Positions 45,975 through 57,584 of a stretch of DNA of 64,000 bases are shown piece after piece. The position numbers were made by a program, and so were the translations under genes. The stretch is taken from assembly GCA_963791315.1 (NCBI GenBank), contig CAWBRQ010000003.1, positions 86,339 to 150,338 of the forward strand. Direction: 5' to 3'. Under the pieces are notes generated by a model. It made no database searches, was not told the DNA's origin, and saw only the letters and a program-made list of their open reading frames with translations. Origin of the DNA: an uncultured beta proteobacterium (GTDB lineage: Bacteria > Pseudomonadota > Gammaproteobacteria > Burkholderiales > Burkholderiaceae_F). Position 1 is the stretch's first letter. Every line of letters starts with the position of its first letter.

Positions 45975-48900
45975 GCGTTGCCGGTACCTGGCGGCGCAGC
46001 AGTGCATTGCGGGCCGTCCATTCCGCCTCGGGCTGCGAGTTGCTCGAGAAAGCGCGCTTCGCCGGCGACCAGCAAGGCAATCGGCACGCCGTCTCGATAG
46101 AGCACGCGATTGCCGGTGAGTGCGGGTAATCGCGCACCGGGACTCAGAATGCCCACCAGGTTTAGCGGATCGGCACCGCTCAGGCTGAGCAAAGCACCGG
46201 ACGGCTCGCGCCGTCTGACATCGCGCAGTAGTCCGATCGCTTCGGGCGCAGCGAACTGCTCGCCAGAAGGTCCCGCGACGAAACGCCCGCCGCGAATTTC
46301 GCCGCGCGCTTCGAGCCGTCGATAACAACGCAGCAGATCGCGCCACGGAGGCAGCCATTGTGCTTCGCGTGCGATCAGCCGCCAGAACACCACGCCGTAA
46401 CGGCGTAGCAGGGTGCGTGCGACGTGCTCGACGACGTCGGCGCCTTCCGGAGCACGCCGTTTTCGCACCAGCGCCCAGCGCCCGGCGTCTTCGATGCCGA
46501 ACAGCGCCGTGCGACGCAGACGCTTGTGTCCGTCGAACGTCCGACGGCGATCGGATGGCACGAGCAATGCTCGCAAACCACCGAAGCTATCGGAATTGAT
46601 CAGCCCCTGCGCAACGAGCTCGGCGAGGGCTTGCTCGACCTGCGTGCGCAACAGCGTCGTGCCTTCGACGATTTCTTCGAAAAACGAAGCGCCGTGCGCC
46701 GTGATGAACTCGGCGACCTGCTGTGCGTTCGACGTCAGCGTTACGTCATTACCGTCCGGCGCAAGCGTGGCCCAGATGGCGAGGTTGCGCCGTGATGCAA
46801 GCGCAATCGGCGTCGTGCGTACAGGACTCGGTGCGCGTTCGCCGCTTGAGTTGAGCGGAGCGATGCGCGTCCACACGACTCTGCCTGCGCGGCTCAGCTC
46901 GTCCAGCCACGCCGGATCGTATTCATTGACGCGCGCTGGAAGGATCTCGGTCTCCCAAGCAGCGGCGGGTGCTTCGAAACCTTCGAGCTGCGACACGATG
47001 TTGGCCACCGCATCCGGGCCTTCGACTCCGCGCTTCCGGTGCGACTCGTTGCCATTCGAACAAGAAGCGCATGAAGTCGCGCGCTTCGACCGGCTCGATT
47101 TCGCGGCGCAGCCGATTCACGGTGTACCGGTGAATGCGCGCAAGCAGCCGCCGCTCGCACCATTCGGTCTCCTTGCTGTCGGGACTGAACTGTCCACGCA
47201 TCACCGAGCCTTCGGCTTCGAGTCGTACCAATGTGGTTTCGACTTCGCCAGCAGCCAGGCCGAGCGGTGCGGCGAGCGCGCTGACGGTTACGGGCCCCAG
47301 CCCTTGCAGGCGATCGCGCAGAATTTCGACCAGCGCGTCGTCGCGGGTCCACGCCTTCTGATATTGAATCGGCGCTGCAATCGCAGGCGTGCGCTCGGCC
47401 AGCGGGAACAGTGCGTCGAATTCGGGCAAGCGCTCAGCGGCCACGAAGGCAGCGCTTCCCGTTAGCGCAATTGAAGTCGCACGCTTTGTAGCCACGAGCT
47501 CCCCGAACAGTGCCGGCCATTCCGGCTGCGCACTGATCTCCGCCTGGCTCAAAAAACCCAAGCTCATCAGCGCATCGTGCAATTCGTCGGCGCCCCGCGG
47601 CTCGGGCCACACTTCCTCGCGCACTCTGCGGATCGCATCGGCGTCGAGCTTGCCGAGATCGGCGGCAGTTTCGGGATCGATCCAGCGACGCGCCATCACC
47701 GCCTGCGTGCGGCGCTCCTCCAGCGGTGCATCGTCAAGGTACGCATACGGCCTCGCAGAAAGAATCTCGAGCGCAAGCGGCGAAGGTTCGGTCAGATCGC
47801 GCGCGATCACCTTGATGTCGCCACGCTCCATTGCGCGCAGCACACGCTCGAGGCCGTCGATGTCCATCGCTTCGTGCAGGCAATCGTCGATCGTCTGTCG
47901 CACCAGAGGGTGATCGGGTATTTCGCGGTCGCCGACGATGTTCTCGCCGCACGCCACCTGATCGGGAATATGGCTGCAAGCAAATCTTCGGACGCCATGC
48001 GTTGCAGCTGCGGTGCGACTTTATGGCCGCCGCGAAAGCGCAGCAACGCGAGCGCCACCACGGCGTTCCAGCGCCAGCGCGTGCCGAACATCGGCGCGTC
48101 CAGCAGCGCCTGTATCAGCAACGGCCGCACGGTCTTTGCAGACAGATAGCGCGCCACGTCTTCAAGCGGAAAACTGTGGCTGCTCGAAAGCGATAACACG
48201 ATCGCATCCTCGGTCGCCGCCGCCTGCAACTCGAAATCGAATTTGCGACAGAAGCGCTTGCGCAGCGCCAGGCCCCACGCGCGATTGATCCGGCTGCCGA
48301 ACGGCGCATGCACGATCAGCTGCATGCCGCCCGACTCGTCGAAGAATCTTTCGAGAGCGACGGTGCGAATGGTTGGCAGCTGACCCAACGCGGCCTTGGC
48401 TGCCGCAAGATAATCGACGATCTGCTCTGCCGCTGCTAGCGCGATGCCGACTTCATCGGTGAGCCACGCGATTGCCGCGTCGCGCCCGCCGCTATCGAGC
48501 CGCTCTGCAATCGTGTCGCGCAATCTGGACAACGACTCCGAAAACTCGTTGGTGCGTCCTGGCGCCTCGCCTAACCAGAATGGAATGGTGGGCGGTTGTC
48601 CTTTTGCATCCTCGACGCGCACGGTGCCGCGCTCGACGCGGATGATCCGGTAGGACGTGTTGCCGAGCTGGAACACATCGCCCGCCAGCGACTCGACCGC
48701 AAAATCCTCGTTCACGGTGCCGACGACCTGCGACTGCGGTTCGAGCATCACCGTGTAGTCGGCCGTATCAGGAATCGTTCCGCCTGACGTCACTGCCGAC
48801 AGCGCTGCACCGCGCCGCCCGCGCAAAACGCCATTGACCGCATCGCGATGCAGATGTGCGCTGCGTCGCCCGCGCTGCGTATGAAAACCTTCGGCCAGCA

Positions 48901-50258
48901 TCAGCACAATTTCGTTGAACTCATGCACGCGTGAGATCACGGAACGGATAGGCGCGCTGATAAAGCGTGAAGAGCTCATCCTCGCGCCATTCCTGCGACC
49001 CGACTTCGGCCACGATCTGCTGCGCCAGAACGTCGAGCGGCTTCGCAGGCACGGCGATGTTGTCCAGCTCGCCACGCCGCGTCGAGTCCAGCAGCGCGGC
49101 GCAGTCGCACAGTTCGTCGCGCGACAGCGGAAAGAGCCGGCCCTTCGATATGCCGCCGACCGCGTGACCGGCGCGGCCGACGCGCTGCAGGAACGCTGCG
49201 ATCGAACGCGTCGAGCCGATTTGGCACACCAGATCGACATCGCCGATATCGATTCCCAGCTCGAGCGACGCCGTCGCGACCAATGCGCGCAGTTCACCGC
49301 GCTTCAGTCGCTGCTCGGCATTCAACCGCTTGTCACGTGACAGGCTGCCGTGATGCGCCGTGACGTTTTCATCGCCCAGCCGTTCGGACAGATGGCGCGC
49401 CGCGCGCTCGGCAAGCCGCCGTGTATTCACGAAGATCAACGTTGTCCGATGCTCGCGCACCAACTCGGCGAGCCGGTCGTACACCTGTTGCCATACATCA
49501 CCGGACATCACCGCTTCGAGCGGAGCCGACGGCAGCTCGATCGCAAGATCGCGGCGGCGCACGTGCCCGGTATCGACGATCGTGCAGCGTGCGCTGTCGC
49601 CGACTAGAAATTTTGCGATTTCACTGATCGGCTTCTGCGTGGCGGATAGGCCGATACGGACGAAATCTCGTCCTGCAAGCGCCTGCAGCCGTTCGAGTGA
49701 CAACGCCAGATGCGCGCCGCGCTTGTTCGGCGCTAGCGCGTGGATCTCATCGACGATCACCGTGCGCGTCGTCGCCAGCATCTTGCGACCCGACTTGCTG
49801 GTCAGCAGGATGTACAGCGATTCGGGCGTCGTGACGACAATATGCGGCGGCCGTCGCCGCATGCTCGCGCGATCCGCTTGCGGCGTGTCACCGGTGCGCA
49901 CCATCGTGCGAATGTCGATATCGGGCAAGCCGAGCCGCTCAAGTTCGGCGCGAATGCCGGCGATCGGAACTTCAAGGTTCTTCTGAATATCGTTCGATAG
50001 CGCTTTCAGCGGAGAGACGTAGACGACGTGGGTTTCATCCGTCAATCCGTGTTCGATACCTTCGCGCACCAAGGTGTCGATCGCCGCGAGAAAAGCGGCC
50101 AACGTCTTACCCGATCCGGTCGGCGCGGCGACCAGCGCGTGTTGACCCGCCTTGATCGCCGGCCAGGCGTCGGCCTGTGCGCCGGTCGGCGCCGCAAAGG
50201 CTGAGGTGAACCACGCCTGGACAGCGGGATGAAATAGTTCGAGGACGGGAGTTTGCAT
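45971..50258 (-). pseudogene. lhr: Lhr-type large ATP-dependent DEAD/DEAH helicase, split over four ORFs
   Basis: The start is the ATG at 50258 ([33 protein letters not shown], and helicase motif [10 protein letters not shown]). It continues in ORFs 47807..49297, 46923..47957 and 45971..47008. The junctions are near 48930, 47955 and 47020. The total is about 1429 codons, consistent with Lhr length. Confidence 0.8.
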
Positions 50259-50361
50259 CGGTAATGTCGCGCCAGTCGCAGACGGCGGCGACCGCATTTG
50301 CACTAACCACAGCTCGCGAGAAGCGGAAGTATATTGGGGTTCGCCCCTGCCGGAGAGAACG

Positions 50362-51354
50362 ATGACCGATCGCATATCGCGCAGTGCCCGCCGTCGTGTT
50401 CTCGCGAGCATCGCTGCCGTCACGCTGCTACCTTCGAGCGCCGTCTTCGCGCAAACGTATCCGGCGAAACCCGTGCGCTGGATCGTGCCGTATCCGCCGG
50501 GCGGCGGATCCGATTTCCTGGCGCGGACGGTCGGTGCGCAGATGGAAAAGCAATTGGGTCAGCCGCTGGTGATCGAGAATCGGCCAGGAGCTGCGACGAT
50601 GATCGGCGCCGAAGCGGTGGCGCGCGGCACCGCCGATGGCTACACGTTGTTAAGCGGTGACAACGGTACGTTCGTCTTCAACGCGGCGCTTTACAAGAAA
50701 GTGCCGTATGACCCGGCGAAAGACTTCGCGCCGATCGGGCTGATGGCGCGCTTTCCGCTGATCGTGGTCGCGAATCCTGCGACCGGCTTCAAGACGATGC
50801 GCGATCTCATTGATGCCGCAAAGAAAGAGCCTGGCAAGCTGTCGTATGCATCGGTCGGCTCCGGCAGTCCGCACCATCTCGCGATGGAGCTGATCAAGGA
50901 TCGCACCGGCGCATTCATCGTTCACATTCCGTACCGCGGTGCGGCGCCCGCGGTGCAGGACGTGCTCGGCAATCAGTTGCCGGTGATGGTGATCGACACT
51001 GCGGTTGGCTTACCTCACATTCGCGCCGGCAAACTGGTGCCGCTCGGTGTACTGAGCCGCCAGCGCCTCGCCGCGCTTCCGAATGTGCCAACACTTGAAG
51101 AACAAGGTATTCGTGACACCGAGGTGTACGCGTGGCAGGGAATGGCTGTGCCGGCGGCAACGCCGCGTGAAGTGACTGCAAGATTGACGGCCGAGCTGAA
51201 TCGCGCGATCGCGACACCGGAAGTGACTCGCAAGCTGCAGGAGTTCGGGCTCGAACCGATCTCAGGTAGTGCGGAGCAGATGACCGCGTACATCAAGAGT
51301 GAGACGGCGCGCTGGCATGCACTGATCAAGCAGCGCAACTTGACGCTGGAATAG
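50362..51354 (+). CDS. Bug/TctC-family tripartite tricarboxylate transporter substrate-binding protein
   Basis: It has a twin-Arg-like leader ([13 protein letters not shown]) followed by [21 protein letters not shown] and [13 protein letters not shown]. Confidence 0.85.
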   Translation: MTDRISRSARRRVLASIAAVTLLPSSAVFAQTYPAKPVRWIVPYPPGGGSDFLARTVGAQMEKQLGQPLVIENRPGAATMIGAEAVARGTADGYTLLSGDNGTFVFNAALYKKVPYDPAKDFAPIGLMARFPLIVVANPATGFKTMRDLIDAAKKEPGKLSYASVGSGSPHHLAMELIKDRTGAFIVHIPYRGAAPAVQDVLGNQLPVMVIDTAVGLPHIRAGKLVPLGVLSRQRLAALPNVPTLEEQGIRDTEVYAWQGMAVPAATPREVTARLTAELNRAIATPEVTRKLQEFGLEPISGSAEQMTAYIKSETARWHALIKQRNLTLE

Positions 51355-51355
51355 G

Positions 51356-52213
51356 CTACGTAGTGGCAAGGCCGCGCTTACGCCTCGGCGGCGGATATTG
51401 CGCGTCCACCTGCGCCAGATCTTCTGCGCTCAGTTCGATGTCAGCGGCGGCGAAGTTTTCGCGCAGATGCGACTCGCTGGTAGACATCGGGATAGCGATC
51501 ACCCCGGGGTGCCGCATCACCCACGCAAGCGCGGCACTCGATGCACTGACGCCGTGTCGTCGCCCGATCGCAGCGAACGTTGCATCGCGCGCCAATGCGC
51601 CCTGATCGATGGGCGAGTACGCCATCGTCACTACTTCATGCTCGCGGTGCCACGGCAGCAGGTCGAACTCGACACCGCGTTCGCTCGCCGAGTAGTAAAC
51701 CTGATTGGCGACGCAGTCAGAGCCCGCTGGCAGTTTCCACAGGTGCTGCATGTCTGCGGTGTCGAAGTTGCTGACACCCCAGTGACGGATACGACCTTCG
51801 TTGCGCAGCTGCTCGAATGCGGCGACGGTGCCCTGCAGCGGCTCCGAGCCGGGCCAGTGCAGTAGATAGAGATCGATGACGTCGAGCTCCAAACGCTTCA
51901 GGCTGCGTTCGCACGCGCGCATCACTCCCATACGGCTGGCGTTGCTTGGCAGGACCTTCGAAACGATCGTCAGCTCCGCGCGCGAGACGGTGTTAGCGCG
52001 CATTTCCTCCTTGAGCGCGGCGCCAACGACCTCTTCGGCACCGCCATCGCCGTACATCTCTGCAGTGTCGATCAGCCGGTAACCGATCTGCAACGCTGTC
52101 CTGACGGCGGCGATCTCAGCCGTACGGGCGCGTTTGGTCTCCCCCATGCGCCACGTTCCAAGGCCCAGCGCAGGTACTTTGGCTCCAGCCAATCGAACAA
52201 ATCGCATCATCAC
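51356..52213 (-). CDS. Aldo/keto reductase
   Basis: 285 aa, with LGLGTWRMGE...IDTAEMYG...LDVIDLYLLHWP as typical AKR motifs. Confidence 0.85.
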   Translation of the reverse strand: MMMRFVRLAGAKVPALGLGTWRMGETKRARTAEIAAVRTALQIGYRLIDTAEMYGDGGAEEVVGAALKEEMRANTVSRAELTIVSKVLPSNASRMGVMRACERSLKRLELDVIDLYLLHWPGSEPLQGTVAAFEQLRNEGRIRHWGVSNFDTADMQHLWKLPAGSDCVANQVYYSASERGVEFDLLPWHREHEVVTMAYSPIDQGALARDATFAAIGRRHGVSASSAALAWVMRHPGVIAIPMSTSESHLRENFAAADIELSAEDLAQVDAQYPPPRRKRGLATT

Positions 52214-52301
52214 CTCCGGAAACTCAGCGTCCCTAAGCCCCGCCTAGGCATCCACCTTGCTTTAGCCTGTTGCCACGCCACTCGGCGTGCAATTTATTCC
52301 A

Positions 52302-53840
52302 ATGATCCGAGCTATCTGGCTTGCAGCTATTGCATTCCTACTCGCTGCGACGGCGCCGGCTGCGCACGCGTTTGGCTTCGCGGATGTCGACCGGCGAGCG
52401 CGCGAGCTGGCGAATCGGCCCTACACCAAGTCGGCGGTTGTGCTGCCGAAGCAACTAAAGGACCTGACCTACGACCAGACACGCGACATCCGATTCGATC
52501 CGTCTCAATCGTTATGGCGCGCGCAAAGGTTGCCGTTCGAGATCCAGTTCTTTCATTTGGGCGGCATCTTCGACCAGCCGGTGCGGATTTACGAGGTCGT
52601 CGGTAATGAAGTCAACGAGATCCCCTTCGACCCGACGCATTCGATTACGGCAAGAACAAGATCGATCGGTCGCAGCTCCGCAAACTGGGGTTCGCCGGCT
52701 TTCGCATTCATTTTCCGCTCAACGTCGTGCCGAGTGCCCCGCGGTACAAGGACGAGCTCGTGTCGTTTCTCGGCGCCAGTTACTTTCGTGCCTTGGGCAA
52801 GGGCCAGCGCTACGGCACCTCGGCACGCGGTCTGGCGATCGACACGGCCGAGCGCGGCGGCGAGGAATTTCCGCGCTTTGAGCAGTTCTGGATCGAGCGG
52901 CCCGCGCAGCGGAGCGCGCGAGCTCGTCATGTACGCGCTGCTCGACTCGCGTCGCGTGACCGGCGCCTATCGCTTCGTCGTTCGGCCCGGCGCAGACACG
53001 GTGACCGAGGTCCGCACGGCTGTACCTGCGCGAGCCGGTGGCGAAGCTCGCATCGCGCCGTTGACGTCGATGTTCTTCTTCGGCGAGAACCAGCGCGCAC
53101 CGTCCGAGGACTTCCGTCCGGAAGTGCACGATTCGGACGGACTTGCGATCCACTCGGCCAGTCCGGGGAATGGATCTGGCGGCCGCTGGTCAATCCACGT
53201 CGCCTGTTGGTGACTTCGTTTGCACTGACCGACCCGCGCGGCTTTGGGCTGATGCAGCGCGACCGGCAGTTCAGCTACGAAGATCTCGAAGCGCGCTACG
53301 AGTTGCGACCCAGCATCTGGGTCGAGCCCGCGCAAAGTGGGGCGCCGGACGCGTCGAACTGGTGCAGATTCCCACGCCGAATGAAACGAACGACAACATC
53401 GTCTCGTACTGGGTGCCGAATACGCTGCCGCCACCGGGCACGCCAATGATTTCTGCTACCGCATGCTCTGGCTGAAGGAGACCGATCGCCGCCCGCCGAT
53501 GTGGGTCGTGCAGACCCGCCGCGGGCAGGGTTATCAGCCGCAGCCTCTGCGTCAGGCAACAATTCGTCAGCCGATGACGTGTAAAATTCACGGTCGACTT
53601 CGATGGGCCCGCACTGCGCAAGCTGCCGGACGACGCACCGGTGCAGGCCGACTTGCCATCGGCAACGGTCAAGAGCACCGATCTCGTCATCTATCGCAAC
53701 GATGTGACCGGCGGCTGGCGCATGGTGCTGCAGGTGCGACGCACGACAAGGAAAAACCGATCGAAGTGCGTGCACTTTTTCGCAACGGCAAGGAAGTCAT
53801 GAGCGAGACATGGAACAACATCGTTCCGCTGAACCAATAG
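52302..53840 (+). pseudogene. opgG: Glucans biosynthesis protein G (OpgG/MdoG), heavily frameshifted (at least 6 frame changes)
   Basis: It has a signal peptide plus FGFADVDRRARELANRPY...LPFEIQFFHLG. The recognisable OpgG blocks then alternate between three frames: [90 protein letters not shown] and KPIEVRALF..SETW. Confidence 0.8.
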
Positions 53841-56147
53841 CCGGCGCGGCATTGGCCTCGCGTGGGCGGCCTGCCGAGGTTCCGCATTTGCCCGGCCTTG
53901 CCGGCCGCGGTGCCGTCATGTTGCGCACGCCAATGACGCCGACCCTGGGGACGTGTAGGGCCGGGTCATGGATGCTGCGCCGACTGTTGGCCTCGATCCG
54001 CGGTTGCCCGACATCAAGGGCCCGGCGCACGGTGCCGGGCGCCGTCGCCGCTTCGTGCTTTCTCACTGTTGTCTGTGCTGCCGGCACTTTATGCGACCTA
54101 TGTGCTTGACGGGCTGCTGCCCAAGTCACGGCAACGAGACCGTCGATCTCGCGATCACGGGGGCGGCCGCCTGCTCGTCGTGTTCGCGCTGTTGACGTGC
54201 TGGCTCGCGGCCGGGTTCTGGACTGCGATGCTGGGACTTTGTGCTCGCCTGCGGGCGGCGATCGGTACCTGATTTCGCGTTCGGCGAAGCTTCCGACGGC
54301 TATGTCGCCACGCGGCCCGCACTGCGATCGTGATGCCGATCTGCAACGAGGACGTGCAGCGCGTCTTCGCCGGTTTGCGCGCGACTTACGAGTCGGTGGC
54401 GCGCACCGATGCACTCGATCACTTCGACTTCTTTGTGCTGTCTGACACAGCAACCCGGACACCTGCGTCGCGGAGCTTGATTCCTGGCATGCGCTACGCG
54501 ACGAGCTCGACGCCGAGTCGCGCCTGTTTTACCGGACCGCCGCACGGCGCGTGAAGCGCAAGAGCGGCAACATCGACGACTTTTGCCGGCGCTGGGGCGC
54601 ACGCTACCGCTACATGGTCGTGCTCGATGCCGACAGTGTGATGACCGGCGATTGCCTGATCACGCTGGCACGTCTGATGGAGGCGCGGCCGGACGCCGGC
54701 ATCATCCAGACCGCGCCGCAGGTGGTCGGCGGGAATACGATCCATGCGCGCACGCAGCAGTTTGCCAATCAGGTGTATGGACCGGTGTTCACGGCCGGCC
54801 TGCACTACTGGCAGCTTGGTGAATCGCACTACTGGGGTCATAACGCGATCATCCGGCTCGAGCCGTTCATGAGGCACTGCGCGCTGGCGCCCGTGCCGGG
54901 TCGAGGCTCACTCTCCGGCGAAATTCTTTCGCACGACTTCGTCGAGGCGGCGCTGATGCGGCGTGCGGGCTATCGGCGTCTGGATCGCCTACGACGTCGA
55001 GGGCAGCTATGAGCAGACACCGCCGAATCTGCTGGACGAGGTCAAGCGCGACCGGCGCTGGTGCCATGGCAATCTGATGAATGCCAGGCTGATGTTCGTG
55101 CGCGGCCTGCATCCGGTTCATCGCACGGTGTTCTTCACCGGTGCGCTCGCCTATTTGTCGGCGCCGCTGTGGCTCGGCTTTCTCGTGCTGTCGACCTGGC
55201 TGCTGCTGCAGCACGTCACCGCCGATCCGCAGTACTTCGTGATGCCGCACCAGCTCTTTCCGCTCTGGCCGTCATGGCGCCCGGAGCATGCGTGGGCGCT
55301 ATTGGCGGCGGTTGCTTCGGTGCTGTTCGTACCCAAGATCCTGGCAGCGATGCTGGCGGCGCGTAAAGCAGCCTCCTATGGCGGGACCTTGCGCCTCGCA
55401 TTCAGCGTACTTGGCCGAAATGCTGATGAGCGCTTTGCTCGCGCCGGTGCGCATGCTGTTTCATTCGCAGTTCGTCGCCGCGGCCCTGCTCGGTTGGTCT
55501 ATCCAGTGGAAGTCGCCGGCGCGAGCCGACAAGTCGACGTCAGTCAAGCAGGCGCTGCGCCGGCATGGACTGCAAACGGTGATCGGACTGGGATGGATGG
55601 GGTTGGTCGCGTGGAAAGCACCCGACGTCTTGCCATGGATAGCGCTGGTTGCCGCAGGCTTGCTGTTGGCGATACCGATTTCCGTACTGACCAGCTCCTC
55701 GGGCTTCGGGCTGCTTATGCGCAGAGCCAAGCTTTTCATGACACCCGACGAAACACGGCCGCCGCGTGAAGTCGTTGCCACCGCACAATATGCACGCAAC
55801 GCCAGGGCGCTGCCGCGCTTCGCGGATGCGATCACGGACCCTGAGGTGTATCTGGCAGTGCGTAGCGCGGCGCGCGGTTCACGGTCGACGCTCGCCTCGG
55901 CACGGCGCACAGAGCGTGTCGAGCGGCGTTACAGGCGGGACCCGACGCGCTTAGCCTAAGCGAGCGCGTTGCTTTGCTGCACGACGGCGCAGCGCTGGAT
56001 GCCTTGCATCGCTCCGCCAGGGCTGCACCGATTCATTCATCGTGGTACTCAAGTTCCTCAACGCCGGATCGCGCAACGATCAGGGTGTTTGGTCGGCAGC
56101 CGAACGTGCGCAATGCGACCGTTGCTACGCTGGCGCGCGTGCGCTAG
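53810..56147 (+). pseudogene. opgH: Glucans biosynthesis glucosyltransferase H (OpgH/MdoH), heavily frameshifted (at least 6 frame changes)
   Basis: The GT2 blocks are scattered over three frames: [113 protein letters not shown] and the TM region. My translation of the last block, SERVALLHDGAALDALH, ends at the TAG at 56145-56147. Confidence 0.8.
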
Positions 56148-56411
56148 CGCTCACCGCTTCGACATAAAACAGTTCCAGCTCCTACGCCATTAGCTGCAAC
56201 GCCCAGCCGATGCCAAGCAGCCAGATCATCGCGGCCACGCTGGTTGCCGCTATTCCCACCCTTTGAATGCGACGCCGTGCATCCTTTGGCAGCGTATGTA
56301 CGTGGACGTGCATGCCTGACCACCCTGAAGACTATGGAGTTGACCAGCTCGGAATCGCACTCAAATTTGACTGGTTCTTGACTTCCATGCCGGCTCCGTA
56401 ATCGATCCCAG

Positions 56412-56648
56412 TTAGCCGTGCTGTGAGACACCGTCGAGACTGCGCAACGCCGGCTCCAGCAACGCCGGCTCGCTGTCGCGAACGACTGTTGACGTCTGTG
56501 CTGAGCTAGACGGCGCCGAGTCGGTGATCGTCTGCTCGGATGCAGCAAACGGACTCGATAGAAGAAACAACGCACCAAATACCAGAACCACCGCAACAGC
56601 GGCAACGGCGCACATCTCTGACTTTTGCAGGGTTGCATCGATTCTCAT
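56412..56648 (-). CDS. Small membrane-anchored hypothetical protein
   Basis: GGGAGA precedes the ATG at 56648. MRIDATLQKSEMCAVAAVAVVLVFGALFLL forms a single TM and is followed by a Ser/Thr-rich tail. No family was recognised. Confidence 0.35.
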   Translation of the reverse strand: MRIDATLQKSEMCAVAAVAVVLVFGALFLLSSPFAASEQTITDSAPSSSAQTSTVVRDSEPALLEPALRSLDGVSQHG

Positions 56649-57004
56649 GGTGTTCTCCCAGTGAGCTGTTAAAGGAAGGTTGGAGGCGCTCATTGGGACA
56701 TACAGCACGTTCCTTCGAAACCGGCCATTGCGTATCGGCAATGCCGAAAATTCACAACCGTCGCTCTGTTCGCGGCCTATTCGTACACTCGCGGCGGCAT
56801 GCGCCGGCGTTGCTGGGTGCTCAACGCCACGACGATGCTGGTCATTGCGTCGGTCGTTTATGCAGTCTCATACGTGTCGACTATTCATCTGGCGGAATAG
56901 GCGCATTGACGGCGTAATGGCGGCACGAGATTGCAGACGAGTTTGCGAACTCTTCCGGCTCGGGCGCGGCGGATTCACCGATGCCCATACTTGATGAGGT
57001 TGAC

Positions 57005-57325
57005 ATGAATCGCTTCAAAGCAATTGGCTCTACGCTTCTTCTCGTCCCGGCCCTGGCACTCGTTTCGGCGCAAGCACGTGCCGAATTCAAATGCGATTCG
57101 CCGACAGTACGTGTCGACCGCGTCGCGTGCGAGAAGGCCAAAGAAAGTCCGAGCGCACTGCGTCGGTACATAGAGCGCATGAGAGTTATCGAAAGCCTTG
57201 ACTTCTCGGATTACGTTAACGATGCGCAAGCCGCCGCCTGGGCGCAAAACGAATCTAGCCGCGCTCCTGCGAAGAAAGCGACCGTTCACTCGGCCAAGTT
57301 CGTGCAGGAAAATCCGGGTGCGTAA
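57005..57325 (+). CDS. Exported hypothetical protein
   Basis: MNRFKAIGSTLLLVPALALVSAQA is a signal peptide. The protein is 106 aa, and no family was recognised. Confidence 0.5.
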   Translation: MNRFKAIGSTLLLVPALALVSAQARAEFKCDSPTVRVDRVACEKAKESPSALRRYIERMRVIESLDFSDYVNDAQAAAWAQNESSRAPAKKATVHSAKFVQENPGA

Positions 57326-57584
57326 CGATGATCAAGCTTGGCGCGGCAGCTCAATGCCGCGCACTTCATGCGCGAGACGCTGAAAATACGCAGCGAACTC
57401 CGGGTCTTCACCCTTGAGAAGATGGGCAGCCGATAGAGAAAGCGTCGCGCTGTAGCCACTCGCGCATGAAGTCTTCCCATGAATTCCAGCGACGGCGCTG
57501 GGCCGGCGTCATGTCGTCGCTGTGCGCGGTCAGATACGCGCGCGCGAGCAGCGAGATCAGCATGTCGAAGATCAACACTCATCG

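Noticed and set aside
241-56147. Treating all frameshifts as sequencing errors and silently merging the ORFs into intact genes
   Set aside because: This is not justified from the sequence alone. The lesions are clustered in particular genes, several lie outside homopolymers, and one is a nonsense substitution. The loci are therefore reported as pseudogenes, with the explicit caveat that read-level verification is required.
56182-56313. A 43-codon minus-strand ORF (MHVHVHTLPKDARRRIQRVGIAATSVAAMIWLLGIGWALQLMA) with one TM helix
   Set aside because: It is too short to support without conservation or expression data, and no clear RBS was seen. It is noted only as a candidate small membrane protein.
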